NCBI GenBank assembly: GCA_013239625.1 | Contig: MU054032.1 | Location: forward strand, 434,001-498,000 | DNA: 64,000 nt | Source: Lama guanicoe | Taxonomy: Eukaryota | Direction: 5' to 3' | In this document: positions 25,301 through 37,643 of the stretch, one piece after another | Layout: the number at the start of each line of letters is the position of its first letter | How positions within the stretch are numbered: position 1 is the stretch's first letter | Made by a program: the position numbers and the translations under genes | The notes under the pieces: generated by a model | The model's input: only the letters and a program-made list of their open reading frames with translations | What the model was told of the DNA's origin: nothing | The model's database searches: none

Positions 25301-28300
25301 CATGGAGAGTGGAGGAGGTGGAGAGTCTAGGTAGATGGACTGAAAATAGAGATCAGAGGAGAAGATGGAGAGAAGAAATGGTGCTGATCTGAAAGACAGA
25401 GTAGGGAATCCAGGAGGGGCTGATAGGTGATTCTCTTACCTGCACATCGAGCTCCTGGCTTCGAGGGTCTTGCAGGAAGAATCGGAAGGCTTCCTCCCAC
25501 ACCGGAGAGTTGGTGCTATAGACAGACTGGAGATGTGCAGGATGGGGTCAAAGGTACACGGCACGGTACCATTCCTGCTTCTCTAGAAAACCCCTGCCCT
25601 TACAGGCATTCTAAAGGGAAGACTTCATCCCAAGAACAGTCCTCCCTCCTTCTGGCCCCACACACGTATGACACCTCCCACAGTGATGTCCTTGTCCTGG
25701 CCCTCACCTTGCTTTCCTGGGTCACATCCTGAACTGACAGCTGTACCATGGGGTTGGGCTCCTTGTTCCCCTTTTTCAGCTGTGGGGGATACAATTCAGA
25801 AGTCACCATCTTGGTTGTTTTTGTTTCAGTGAAGGAAGGTGGGCTCTCATCAGAATCTTTTCCCTGAGGTGGCTCTGATCCCCTTCTTGGAACCCTTGTG
25901 TCACACGCTGTTGCTTCTGGAGCAGGGGCAAGGGGCGAGGGTGTGGGAATGCCCTCAGAAGCCACACTCACAGGAAGATCCTGGGCCCGATCCAGATAGA
26001 CAACTAAGATGGCAGCTGATGGGGGCTCTGGTCGGGAGGAGACTCCGCGGTTCCACTGCAGAACCTGGTGGGGGCGGGTAGCAGTCAGACCTCCACCCCC
26101 TCAGGCCGCCATACTAACTACCTGTTTCTCCCCTACTAGGTTCCTGTTGTACTTGTTAGTTACCTGCTCCAGTTTTTCTGCATCTGGCAAGAGTGAAAGC
26201 CATTCTAGCCTTAAGTGAACTTGGCCTTGCCCACCTTGTAGAGGGAACCACTGGAGGGAGAGGGAGAGGAAGAAGTGAGTATAGTATACACTACAGAAGA
26301 AGTATAGTAGAGATCAGATACCCACCCAACCTCTTCCCCGCCAATGTAGCAACCATTGTCTACCCAATGGGTGACACCACCCTCCACCTTCCTCTTCTCT
26401 CAACTTACTTCGTCCATTACTCCAGCCTGCAATACCTTCCCCACATCCAGCTTCATTCTAGGGGTGGTGGTGGTGGTGGTGATGATGGCAGTGAAAGGGA
26501 AAAGAGGGGAGTGTTGTAATTAGCAGCATGTCGTTCATTGGCCCTCCACTCACCCACCCAGAAATAGCTGGCAGATCTCAGACTCCCTTCCGAAGACTCA
26601 GGAGGCATTTATGTATGTGTGCATGTGTGTGTGTGGTGGGGATGAGGGGTGGGAAGGTTGGGAAGGAAAATGACACATGATTCTCAAACTTGGAAAAGGA
26701 TTATAATTCCCTCTGGGAACTTGTTGGCCTTGGGGCCACCCAGCACAGGCAGAGTCTCACCTGCCCAGAAAGTCATCTTTGTCTGGATCCTTGTCAAACA
26801 CCTCCACCTCAATCTCCTGTCCTGGGACCTCATGTACCATCACCTGAAGGACACAGAGGGATAAGGGTCTGCAAGTGTGAGAATCATCCCATCAGCATCT
26901 TCTCTCAAAACCTCCCAGAGCCTCCCAATCTGACATAGCCCCTTTCCTTGGTTCTCCCACCTCGTAAGTCTCTCCCCACTGGGGGTTAAGTTCCTCATTG
27001 ATGACACGACTGCAGAATGCCTGGGTGCCCACTCGCACAAGTGCATACGGGTCCGACTTGCCCTCAATCAGGCCCTTTACATATTTGTCCTTAGAGCTCA
27101 GCCCTCGTGCAGCCAGCAGGTGAATCCGAATAATGCCCTGAGGGCAGGAATCAGATTGTGAGAAATTAAAGATCCAGCACAGGGTTCCTGAGAGAAGGAT
27201 CTGTCTAATAGGGGAGAGGCCATACCCTGGGAAGAGGGGAACGCAACTGGGCTACATCCTGAAGGTCAGGCACAAGGGGCACCAGTAATCGATTGGGCAA
27301 CACAAGGAAGGCAGCGATGGAATCCATGATCATGTTGTCAGAGAGGGAGCTGAATGAGGGAGGAGAAAAGAAGGTGAGTGTGGCCCCAGCTTCCCATATC
27401 TCCCCACCCCCAACTGTTGCCCACAATCAAGAGATGTAAAGCTAGAGGGAAGTCCTTGCTTCAATACACCTTTTTGCTACGCTTCTACCCTGATTTCCCA
27501 CCTACTGCTCTGTCCCTCCCTCACTACCCTCCCAGTTCGTCTTTCTCCTTTTGCCCCTGCTGAGGAGTCTGTAGCCTTCTTCATCCTCTACCAAAATGCA
27601 CAGTCCTCCCACAGAAAAAAAATTACAGTATGCAACTTTTCATGGGTATTTGTCTGATGTCCCCAACTAGGGTCAAGGCTCCTGGAGGACACTGGCTTCA
27701 GCTTTTACTGCTCCGTATTCATTAATCCCCCAAGCCACGGCTGGAATACTTAGCAGGTGCTCAGTAAGTCCTTGATACCTGAGTCCTGGGATATCCAGCA
27801 GGTTGGTCATCCCTGTCCAGTTGATATCTAAGGTCTGGAAGCACAGAGCAAGGGAATCAGGACAGAGCATATGGTGGCATGGTCACCCCATCCAACAAGT
27901 ACCAGACCCCTCAGCCTGCTTGTCAATTCCCTCCCCCATAGCTGGCCACCCTCCCCCTCCCAGTCCTCTGTTTCCTCACTCATCTACCCCTCCTCAATGT
28001 TTTCCCTTACCGGGCGTCGGATAAAGAACATCGACACAGCCCCCACGATAGGAAGGTCCCCAATAAGTGGCTCAAGAATCACCCGCAAGACACCATGTAG
28101 CTGGGCCAGGAAGAGAAAAGCAAAGCCTTTCCTCAGAAGAGGCCTTCATTCTCCCACAAACCTCCCCAGCCTGGGTTTTCCCAACCTCCCACTTCCCTAC
28201 ACCTGAGGAAACTTAGGGCAAAGGCTTCCCTTGGAGGCTCCTGACATCTGCCCCACCTGCATGCCCTTGACTCCTGCTTTGCAGAAATATTTCTTCACTT

Positions 28301-30965
28301 CCACATCAATCTGTACATCACCTACATAGCTGGGGGTTGATGAGGAAGAGAACAGAGCGGGTTAGTACAAGGTTGTAGTGGGGGTCCAGGAAGTGAAGTA
28401 GAGTGACCAGGAAGGGAAAGCGGGAAGAGTGGTGAGTGGCATTACCTGACGTTCAAGTCCATCAGGATCTGCTCTTTTCTCTGACCAGGGTGAACCTTGA
28501 CTCCTAGGATGCGCAGTGGCTGGAGAGAGATGAATTCTTGAGAGGGGATGGAAAGGGAGGAATACCTCAGCCTCCTTTGGGCCACCCACCTCCCCTGTCC
28601 CATCTCCTCTCTTCCATTACTTTCCCTCCTACATACGTACTTTTTCACCCAGTTCCACTCGTGTGAATGTAAATGTCTGCAGGTGAGGGTTAGATCCTCG
28701 AACAGCCGGCGCCACAGTTTCAGCCAAAAGTTTCTCCATATACTGGCCCAGGAAGGGCCAGACCTGGGCCACAATCTGGGAGGAAAGGGAGCTGATCACA
28801 GAGCTGGCCCTCTAAGGCAAGTGCCTTCAGAATCCTCCCCACAGGGAGGACTGGGGACTAGGCTGGGGCTAGAAGTGAAGTATGGCAGGGCCTGGCAAGA
28901 GAAACGAACCCCATTCCCCCTCATGAAAAAAAAATCAAGACAATCAACCCTCACCTTGTTTAGCCACTCAGCCTTTTCCACATCTGGGAAGCTGACCTGG
29001 AGGTGGAGGAAGCAGACAGTGAGGAGCACACCCCTGCTCCTGGGCCCTACTAAGGTGCCGGGTGGGATGCCCTCAGAGGAAACCTAAGTGCGACAGAGCC
29101 TCCTCACACCCAGGGGTTGGGGGTAGTGGGGTGTCCTAAGATTCATTCCTCCATATTGTTTGGGGGCACTGAGGTCTCTGACAAAGGGAGCTTCCAGGGT
29201 GCAGGCCACACCATGTTGCTTTGTGGATAGCTCAGGGAGGTGAACTGACAGCTGCTGGGGCAGAGAGGAGGAGGGAAGAGAAGGGCACATTCTTTCTGGA
29301 GGGGGAGGTCCTGACAAGTCAGAGTTTGAGGAGGAAATCCTGGGACTGGATTAGTCCGGGTTCCTTTTACCAGCCTTCCCTCTAACCCTCAGACTGGGAC
29401 TTCTATACCAAGAAAGTGAAGAGGGAAGCGGCTCCTGAGTTAGGGAGGGGCCAGAGGAGTTATTTAGGCCCAGGCTGCTGTTTTCTTTTTTGTCAATGTG
29501 ACTCCTTTTACAGGAAGGAAGGACACCTGTGCTTTGTATTGGGCGGAGGAGGAGTTGCCTTAGGAGAAAGATTAATTTCCATGATGAGGAGTAGGAGGAA
29601 CAGAGGCAGTTGCTGCCTGGGCTATAAGTCTCCTGGGGCCATTTCTCCCCCTTTCTCCACCCCAGTCCAGGATCTGGGTAGCAAGGCCGTGTCTGCCTTG
29701 TGTCAGCTTTGATTCTCCCTCGACGGGCACCTCTGCTGGGAGGAGCAGGAAGGGAGGGGCTGGGTAACGGGCTCTGCCTCTGCAAGGCCTAAGAGAAGCC
29801 ATTCTGGCCCCTCAATAGAGGAGAGGGGCGTAGTAATAGGGTCCTGGCCCCAACCGTGAAAGCGCGGCCCACAGTCCGGAAAAGGGTGGGGCCGGCCAGG
29901 GGCGGTGGAGTGTGGGCAGCGGGCACTGCAGCAGCCGCACTGCCCTCCCCCCAGCACCCCCGCCCTTTGTCCAGCAGCCGCCTCCGCTACGCTGCGGCCC
30001 CGCTGCCTGAGGCTGGAAGACGAGGGCCGGAGGGTCCGTCCAGGTGCAGGGGCTCGGCTGCTCCCGGAGCTGGGTCCCAGGGGTACCCAAGGATAAGAGC
30101 GGGAAAAGGAAGAACCTTACGGCCTTAAGAAATTTTTTAAAAGTCCTTGGGAGGACAGGAAAGACGAGGGAACCCTCTGAGCGGGAACGGGGATGCCCAG
30201 CAGCAGCAACGGCGTGAGTGGCACCAGGAACGAGGAGGGGCATTCGAGCAGCTTGGAGGAAGAGCCACTGCTGAGACGGGCTCCTCAGATGTTATTACTG
30301 CTCTTGCCCAAGCGTATAGGAAAAAGTCCTGATTTTGCTGAAGAACCGGGATCTGGGCGTGCGGAAGGCGGAGGTGGGGCGGCGAGGGGAGGGGAATAGT
30401 CGGTCCCAAGAGAGGCGCGTTCCAGCAGGCAGGAGGCTAGCGAGGCGGGAGGGGAAAGTCTGGGGTCCATCGTCCCAAGGTGAGGAGCTGACTTTAGGGA
30501 CAGGGAGGGAGAGCCCTTCTACTGGAGGGCTAGAAGTGGGCTATGCTGCACTGAGGATTGAGGGGGGTCGCTTACCCAGGCAGGTAGCTCTCGATGGCTC
30601 ATGTAAAGAGTTTTTGCCGTGAGCCGCTCCTCATCGTCCAGCAGCTGCCGCGCTACTCGAAGGCTCCGTTCTTTCTCCTCGCGGACCCGGCGCCAGCCCA
30701 GGTAGAGGGCGAGGCCGAGGAGCACGAAACCCACGCTGAGTCCCATTGCGCCGGCCAGGTACACCGGCACCAGCACCAGCAACCTCCGCCCAAACGAAGT
30801 CAGCACCGCCAGGGCCTCACCCGCCGCGCCTGGGCCGGCAGGTTGGTTCCCAGAACTCTGCTCCGGCTTTGTGTTTGCAGTGGGGGACAGGTCAGGGGGG
30901 TCGGAGGGAGTAGAGGGCTGGTCCACGGGGCTAGGGCTGGAGTCGTCTCCAAGAGAGCGCTCCAT
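19334..30965 (-). CDS. ESYT1: Extended synaptotagmin-1 (membrane hairpin, SMP domain, five C2 domains), 1102 aa; 1112 aa with the alternative exon 14 acceptor
   Basis: 31 coding exons: 30576-30965, 28955-28996, 28641-28775, 28446-28519, 28257-28329, 28011-28100, 27779-27834, 27226-27349, 26961-27137, 26761-26843, 26409-26457, 26164-26250, 25972-26064, 25708-25779 (alt 25809), 25440-25526, 24561-24710, 24077-24232, 23786-23962, 23528-23610, 23361-23409, 23166-23255, 22938-23033, 22615-22686, 22439-22525, 20682-20822, 20414-20568, 20212-20310, 19999-20130, 19816-19921, 19558-19607, 19334-19367. All GT-AG, sum 3309 nt. Starts MERSLGDDSSPSP and ends WYDLMDDKGSS*. Confidence 0.97.
20862..21015 (+). 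mobile_element. tRNA-derived SINE (Vic-1-like) in ESYT1 intron 24
   Basis: GGGGGAAGATATAGCTCAAGTGGTAGAG...GGTTCAATCCC followed by an A-tail. TSD AGAGAAGTGATT at 20850-20861 and 21016-21027. Confidence 0.9.
21370..22430. mobile_element. Degenerate L2 LINE in ESYT1 intron 24
   Basis: L2-like tracts: ttgaaacacacttcttttggcttctgtaac; ctaatagtctcttaactcatctgcctgcctccag; cagtgcctgacccatggc...atgtttgcagaatgaa. Confidence 0.6.
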
Positions 30966-31410
30966 GGTGCCACCTCTGGGAGGACCCACCCGACCCAGAG
31001 ACCAGCTAGCGGTTGCCTAGTCTTGCGACCAGCTCCCCTCTACAAACCAAAAATCCCAGAATGGGGGAGGGAACTTCAAGCCACGCCCTCTTCCCTGACG
31101 ACTCGGGTTGGCCCGCGCCGCAGAGACCAAGGTGGAGTCAAAAGCTCGAAACCCCGCCCCCTTCCGCGGGGAGCGGGAGAGGGCTCCGGAAAGGCAGGAC
31201 CTTCCTGATTGGACCAGAGTGTCAAGATGGGCGGTCTGGGATGGCGGGAAAAGGAGTAAAAAGGCTAAAAGTGCAGCCTGTGATTAGGCAGAAAGAGAAG
31301 GGGGCGTAGCGTACCACTTAAAGAGGAGAGGTGGGACCAGGAGTTCCCCCACGTGGGATTGGAGTGCCTGTGGTATGACGTCATGCAGAGCCGCGTCGCG
31401 AATTACTCGG
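29830..31410 (-). promoter_or_regulatory. ESYT1 CpG island/promoter
   Basis: CpG-rich across exon 1 and intron 1. GC box near 31152-31160, ATTGG at 31208-31212, CACGTG at 31350-31355, TGACGTCA at 31376-31383. Confidence 0.75.
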
Positions 31411-33099
31411 TTTTAGAGCAAGCTGGGGTTGTGAAGTTGAGTTGTGGAGGATCAGGATTTCCTTTCACTCCATTCAGACAGTTTGGCAGGATTTAGTCTG
31501 GGATTCCTACATGCTCATTTGTTAACTTTCCCTAGCTTTCATACTTTTTCCCCTGGGTCTCCTTACACAAGGAAAGAAATTACCCTATTTGGAATTAAAG
31601 TGTTCAATGACTGACCTTGTTTGTCCTGTTCCCCAGTCTTATACCTTGTCTATGCGCTGTAAAGACAGACACTACAGAAAACGGGAGAATCTGAGAATTA
31701 GAGTTGAGATTATCCAGCCTTCAGGGAAGAGGGGAAAAAAAGGCGGAGTGAATAGGAAGTGAGGCTTTATTTCTCTTTAGAAATCTCCAGGTTATTCCAT
31801 TCTGTCTCCAAGAGTTAAAGGACAGATTAAAACTAAATTGGCTCCAAAGTGGGGAGGGGGATCAGCTGCAGCAGAAATGATTACATTTTCCTAGAATTTC
31901 CTGACCCCGAGGAACTGCTAGGACACGAAAATGAGAAATCAAAAGTAATGAGACGATTCTATTTCTCATTTGCCTGAGTTATAAGGAAGGTTTAGAATAC
32001 TGTCAGATGTAGAACTAATGCAGTTCTACATTGCACTGCGTAGGTTTACGAACGGAAAAATGCAGGGTTCATTGATGATGACTAAGTTAACTGGTGGAAT
32101 GTTGTCTAGGGACTTAGAAAGTGGACTGATTGAAAGCCCAGGAGGGAAGGGTTGGTGATAAGATGATTACCTTTTAATGCAGTATATGTGGGGCTCGTTG
32201 TGTTATTCTGTTTGATGCAGCAGGGGAACTAGGATCGATTGTTCGAAAGAGACTAGATCTGCAGCTGTTAAATTTTATCTGGCTCTGCAGGACAGATTTC
32301 ATCAGGCTGTGTTTCATCAAAGCTGCTTAAAACATGTCCCTGCCCAGCCTTCCTCCCTTAATCTTAAAATTTCTCACTTCTTTTTCTCTACTTCCCTGAA
32401 GATAACACTATCTAAACTGCTTCTTTGGAGGATGTAAGAGGGATCTACTTACCAACTGATGAAGAACTATGGCAGGAAACTGGATGAACCTCCTTAGAGA
32501 GAAACTTCTCATTAAACTGAAATTTGCCAAGCACTGGAATAGGGGGAAGGAATCCCTTAGGCTGGAGGATGGAGAGGGCGATCTATAGAGGTTCCTTTCC
32601 AAACTTTACATTTTTCATCCTATCTAAGTCATCAGACCCTCGTACTGAAGATGGTATATGGAGGACAAAAACTCATCCCCAGGAAGGTCTCTTCCCATCT
32701 GGGACCCAGGAGCCACAGAATCAGCAGCTGCATTGCAGGCACCAGAACAAGTAAACAGGGTGGGTCCCCGCGCATTGACAATTCTGCTGCCCAGGTGCCA
32801 CCTGGTGGTGATAAGCAGTAAGTGGGTAACAATAAAAAAAGATGGCCATTTGATAGAGGAAGTGTCTTAAGTGAGGAGAGTACTGAGACTTCCCGGGTTT
32901 GCAATCTGCATTTATATGTAAACTACAATTGCCTCTCAGGGGAGGCAGAGGGTGGGATGTGGTAATCTGGTCCCAGCCTACTCTAAAATGGAAGTGTCAA
33001 CAGGCTTTGAGGAAACTTCCTCTGTATTATTCCTAGCAAGTTACTGCATAGTGGTCCCCTTGTTGGATGGCTGTTATCATTAGAACTATCTTATGCCAA

Positions 33100-33290
33100 G
33101 TCTGCCTAAACAGATTCCTGGCTCCATTTCTTACTAATTGCAGAATCCTGGGTTGATTACCCTCTTTAAGCCTGCCTGCTCCTCTGCAAACTGGGTAGAT
33201 TAATAATACCCATCGTGTCAATGAGATACTGCATGTAAAGTGCTGAGCAGAGTGCCTTGGTTTATATAAAGTACTCAAATGTTAGCTATT
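33100..33290 (+). mobile_element. MIR SINE
   Basis: gattcctggctccatttcttactaattgc...taataatacccatc...gcatgtaaagtgctgagcagagtgcc...gtactcaaatgttagctatt. Confidence 0.7.
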
Positions 33291-33299
33291 TTTCTAGAA

Positions 33300-34830
33300 C
33301 TTCCTGCTTATTTCCTATGCAACAAGGTAGGACCTTTTCTCCACTAGGCAGCCCTTCAAATCTTTGAAGACATCTACTGGGTCTACCCTCAGTCTTCTTG
33401 TCAGTTATTTTCAGGTACCACACTAGTTTGTCAAGGGCCCTCTCTAAAAACTGTTTAGAAGAACACACACGTCAGAATTGGTCCCACTCCTACAAGGTTG
33501 AACTGCTATATTTACACTGTGTAACTATGGTTCTCTTATCCTTATGGAGCTCCTAGAAAGGCACCTAGAACAGAGCAGGCTCTTAATATTTATTGACATT
33601 ATGAAGAGTAAGATTTTAATTTTATGTAACCAATTGGAAGTCCCACGTTGTTCTCATGTGAATTACTGCTAATGTAGATCTCTGCATTTGTTCCTCAGAG
33701 AGGCACAAACAATTTTTCATGGGGAGAGTCAACCTAAATTGATCCAAATTGACCCCTTGGCTTAATTTAGTCAATCCAAGTTACAGACACTTTCAATATT
33801 ACTTAGTACTTCCTTGTGTTACTGTTGGGCTCTTCATATTTTTATACTTTTTTTTTTTAAAATAAAACATAACCTTTGGGGATATCACTAGAGACTAGAG
33901 ATTTCTCTAACATGAATGTGCTAATCAACATTTACTAGGCACAAATGTTCAGTTTTAATTCTGTCAAACGCTACTATTAACCAACCCATTATTTGCTTAT
34001 CTGCAGTGACTTAGCAGGTGAGAAAGTGGAAAGAAGCTCTGACATCTGGGAACTGGCCTGATACAGCTAGGTTTGGAACTGTTAGGGGCTAACCTGGGCT
34101 CACAGGTAGGAAATGGTGCTCTCCTGTTGGACAGAAAGCCTCACAAAACACCAACATTAGCCAAGGACACTCAGTAACTGTGATGAAGTGAGGCAAAAAA
34201 CAAGACCACTTTGAAATTGTGCTTAAGCACTAAACAAGGTAACTGTGCAAACCACAAAACAGCAAACATCCCCCTCTCCCAGCTAATGAGTGACTGCTGC
34301 TTCATTACCTATTACAGCTTCAGCTTCACTTTAGTCCGCCCTTTTTCTAGATAAGATAAAGATAGCCAATCTTGGAATTATCCCTGCTTCCCTGACAGCA
34401 CTGAATCCAGAGTGAAGCCCCACTTCCTCAAACCTTCCCCTAAGTCACTTTAGCAAAGTCCAGGTCCTGTAAGTCCTTTCTGACACCCTCTTGCAAGATA
34501 CACTATGGTTCTGCATGGCATGTTCTCTCCATCATTGCAATGAGCATTAAATCCAATTTGTTCAACTGCAGGTGTACCCCTGGTGGTCTCTAGCTGGAGT
34601 ACATTAATAAAGTACCGACAACATCTACAGTTTCCCAAATCTACCTCTTTAGAGATACTTAGCAAAAAAAAAATAATAAAGTTAGCTTGTCAGAATTTGG
34701 CCAAGACGAATTCACATTGGTATCTATGATCACATTTGTCTAAATGCTCATAAACAATCTCTTTTAATAATCCAGAACTGTGCCAGAAAATCAACATTAA
34801 GCTTTTCAACGTGTACAATATTTTAGTATT
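33300..34830 (-). mobile_element. Ancient L3/CR1 LINE remnants split by an LTR
   Basis: CR1-like tracts on both sides of the LTR: ctaatcaacatttact...aacccattatttgcttatc; tgatcacatttgtctaaatgctcataaacaatctcttttaataatccagaac. Highly degenerate. Confidence 0.45.
34180..34609 (+). mobile_element. ERV1 solo LTR (MER31-like)
   Basis: The 3' end gttctctccatcattgcaatgagcattaaatccaatttgttcaactgcaggtgtacccctggtggtctctagctggag resembles the MER31 terminus and includes a polyA-like signal. Confidence 0.65.
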
Positions 34831-35528
34831 TGCCCGTTTTTAGTCTTCAGCCCCCCTCCCCCCTTAATGACTAGCCTTTACCTAGCCCACCATCTTCAAC
34901 CCCAGGTGTAACCTGAGTGATCAACCAGACAAGAGAACAAGAGGTAGCACGAAACGATGGGGAGAGAACAACCCAGGATCACTTTCTCTAGCCCCAAATC
35001 CACTGACCATTAGACTAGACACCTGAGTTGTTTCCCCTACAACAGCCATGAGCTGAGGAGGAACTGAGGTTTGGCTACCGGGACCCCTGGCCTTACTTTT
35101 TAATTGGATTGAAAATCTTTGTAGTTCTAAGTGGAGGCAGAGGGAAGAAAGGGATGAACCCTGAGGCCGGTGTTCCCAGAAGAACTCTCCTTTTCCCAGC
35201 ACCTCTCAAGCCTTGAAGGCTTAAGGCACTGGTAACTGAGGACAGGATGGGGTGGGAGGGATGTAACTGCCATCAACAACTCAGATTGCAGAGCCACCTG
35301 CCCTGCTCTGTTTGAATAAGGGAAGATCTGTCAATACATATCCCATTCTATTTCCCAGCACAGCCCCCTCCTTAGTACCTGCCCCGCTAAATGACCCTAG
35401 GAACCCTGGTTACTAAGGCAACCTGGGAATAGTACATGCAGATAGAAACCTGAACAGATGGGACTATTTTTAAACTAGACTAGGTGGCTCCGATGTTTTT
35501 ACGCTGTGAATTGCCTTCCCCAAAGCCT

Positions 35529-35555
35529 TTGGTCTTGGTCTTGGTCTTGGTCTTG
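35529..35555. repeat. (TTGGTC)4.5 hexamer repeat
   Basis: Read directly from the sequence. Confidence 0.85.
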
Positions 35556-35721
35556 TCCTGGGTCCTACCCTTCTTCACTGGCTTCCATCCAACCTTACCC
35601 AAGTTATGTGAGAGTAGGGTCTTTATCTCATTTTGGCATGAGATCTATTTACTGCTCCCATCTTCTACACAGAATATCTAAGCAAGTTTTCACTGCCTCC
35701 ACTTGTTAAAAATAATTTTTT

Positions 35722-35727
35722 TTTATT
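35722..35727 (-). terminator. Candidate proximal ZC3H10 polyA signal AATAAA
   Basis: tttatt about 610 nt downstream of the stop codon. Confidence 0.5.
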
Positions 35728-36335
35728 TCTTTGGAAAATGGTGGGCCCTGCCCTATGGATTGCCAGGCCAAGCCAGGTACTGAAAGCTCCCCTAGTCTTT
35801 GGCCTGGAGTACTGTGGTCCCCGCCTTCCCACGGGCCCAGGAGCAGCTCCTGTACTGTCCAGCTCAACTAGGCCCCCAAATGTCTGAAGGCTCCTATGAG
35901 GCCTTTTCTCCTGGCCACCCACTTCCCCATCTTTCCTGGCTTTCCCTCTGGACAGGGTATTTTTTTCTTCCAAAGCCAGTGCTGGAACCTGTGCTGTGCA
36001 GAAGAGAGGACAAGACCAGGGATGTCCCCAGCTTCCCATCAGAGGACACACAAGCCCTCAATCAGTCCTTCCTCTGCTGGCTTCAGTCTGCGCTCCTATG
36101 CAAGCCCCCTCTGTGAGGCTTGAAGGAAGATGGACAAGAGAACCCTCATAAAAGGGAGGTGAGAGAAAACACACCAACCCAATCCCTTCTCAGAAGCAAA
36201 CTCCTTGTAGTTTCTTGTCCTCGTTCATGGGTGAGCCCTTCGGACAGGGCGTGGGATGGCTAGGCGAGTGGGTGGGTAAGGGCCCCTCGACCCCAGCCCT
36301 GGAAGGCTATACCAGGGGAGTGTCCATTAGCCCCA

Positions 36336-37643
36336 TCAATGTGGCATGGCTGTGATACGCATGCTCTGGGAAGCGATGGGGTAAGTCACCATGGGAGTGG
36401 TGGTGTGGCTCATTGTGATTCCTGCCAAGGGCTGGGCCATTGATACGGCCACAGGGGCCACAGGAGCCACAGATACAGCCACAGGAGCCATGGAGACAGG
36501 TGGGGGTGCCATTCCCTGGGCAATGGTTTGAGCCAGAGCAGCTGACAGTGGCGTGATCTCTGGGTTCAAGTGTGGGGGTGGGGGTGGTGGAGCAGCAGGA
36601 GGTGCAGTATTAGTTGGGGGAGCAGCTGGAGCTCCAGCAGGGGCCACCAGTTCTTGCTGGGACACGGGGCGAGGCTGTAGAGCCTGGCTGCTGAGAGTAG
36701 TGTGAGTCTGGGCGATGCCATGGTTAAAAGTGGCGACAGTGCCCACGGTGGGGGCCAGAGTCTGCTCAGTCGCTGGTGCAGTGGAGCTGAGGGTCATGAC
36801 CTTGGCCTGATTGCGGAACTGGGCATTTTGTTCCAGCAGTACCTCGTTGGTGGCCAGCAGGTTGCTGACCTGCTTCTTCAGCTCCTCTACCCGCTTCCTG
36901 AGCATGGCATTCTCCTCTTCTAGCAGTCTGCACTCCACCCCTCGGGACGAAGCCAGGCTGTATTCATACGATTCAAAATGGGGGCCATCTGGGGGGCAGC
37001 ATCCACCTCGTCGGCGCTTGGGGCCTGGCTCATGGTCCTCAAAGCCCCTGTCAGGGAGGTCGTAGATATCATAGAGATCGTGACGTCGTCCTGGGGGAAC
37101 TGGGCCTGTTGAGCCCCCACCACCAGCGCCTCCTCCACCCCGGGCATCAAACTCAAAATCTCGTTGCAGGTGCCGGAACTTGCACTTGGCTCCTCTCTGG
37201 CAATCACCCTTGAGAAAGTCACGGCAGATAGGGACCTCCTCCTTGCCATTTGGTAGGTCAGCTGGTGAAAGGCCCAGGCCGGCTGCCACTTTCTGCCTCA
37301 GCCGAGGAGGAAGCTCTCCTGTCTTTTTATAGCCATCCTCATCCTCCTTGGAGCCATGGATGAATCGACAGTTCGGGCGGCTACACTCCTTGTTCTGGAA
37401 GTCGTGGCAGAAGATGAACTCATTTTTGCTCACCCCCAAGTTGGAAACCTCACTCATGTCTGGATGGCGATAACGGCAGCGCTTGCCTCGCTTGCACACA
37501 TTCCTCAGGAAGTCTCTACAGATGGCATCTGAGCTGGCCCCGCCACTGCCTGCCCCTGTCCCACTGGCCTCCTCACTGCCACCGCCTCCAGGGCCTCCAC
37601 CGCTGCTCCCAGTGCCGTTGGCATAGCTGTCCCGGTCCGGCAT
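36336..37643 (-). CDS. ZC3H10: Zinc finger CCCH domain-containing protein 10, 435 aa, single coding exon
   Basis: Starts MPDRDSYANGTGSS. Three CCCH fingers (CRDFLRNVCKRGKRCRYRH, CHDFQNKECSRPNCRFIH, CRDFLKGDCQRGAKCKFRH), a coiled coil and a Pro/Ala-rich tail. Acceptor at 37695/37698. Inferred 5' UTR exons at 39155-39218 and 39997-~40100. Confidence 0.96.
   Translation of the reverse strand: MPDRDSYANGTGSSGGGPGGGGSEEASGTGAGSGGASSDAICRDFLRNVCKRGKRCRYRHPDMSEVSNLGVSKNEFIFCHDFQNKECSRPNCRFIHGSKEDEDGYKKTGELPPRLRQKVAAGLGLSPADLPNGKEEVPICRDFLKGDCQRGAKCKFRHLQRDFEFDARGGGGAGGGGSTGPVPPGRRHDLYDIYDLPDRGFEDHEPGPKRRRGGCCPPDGPHFESYEYSLASSRGVECRLLEEENAMLRKRVEELKKQVSNLLATNEVLLEQNAQFRNQAKVMTLSSTAPATEQTLAPTVGTVATFNHGIAQTHTTLSSQALQPRPVSQQELVAPAGAPAAPPTNTAPPAAPPPPPPHLNPEITPLSAALAQTIAQGMAPPPVSMAPVAVSVAPVAPVAVSMAQPLAGITMSHTTTPMVTYPIASQSMRITAMPH

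Noticed and set aside
30193..30399. ATG-initiated 68-aa plus-strand ORF in ESYT1 intron 1
   Set aside because: No recognisable homology, and stop-poor GC-rich island sequence readily gives ORFs of this length. It would need Ribo-seq or conservation support.
30594..31208. 204-aa plus-strand ORF (similarly 50946-51548 and 2526-3053)
   Set aside because: These are antisense shadows of GC-rich first exons and CpG islands, with low-complexity translations.
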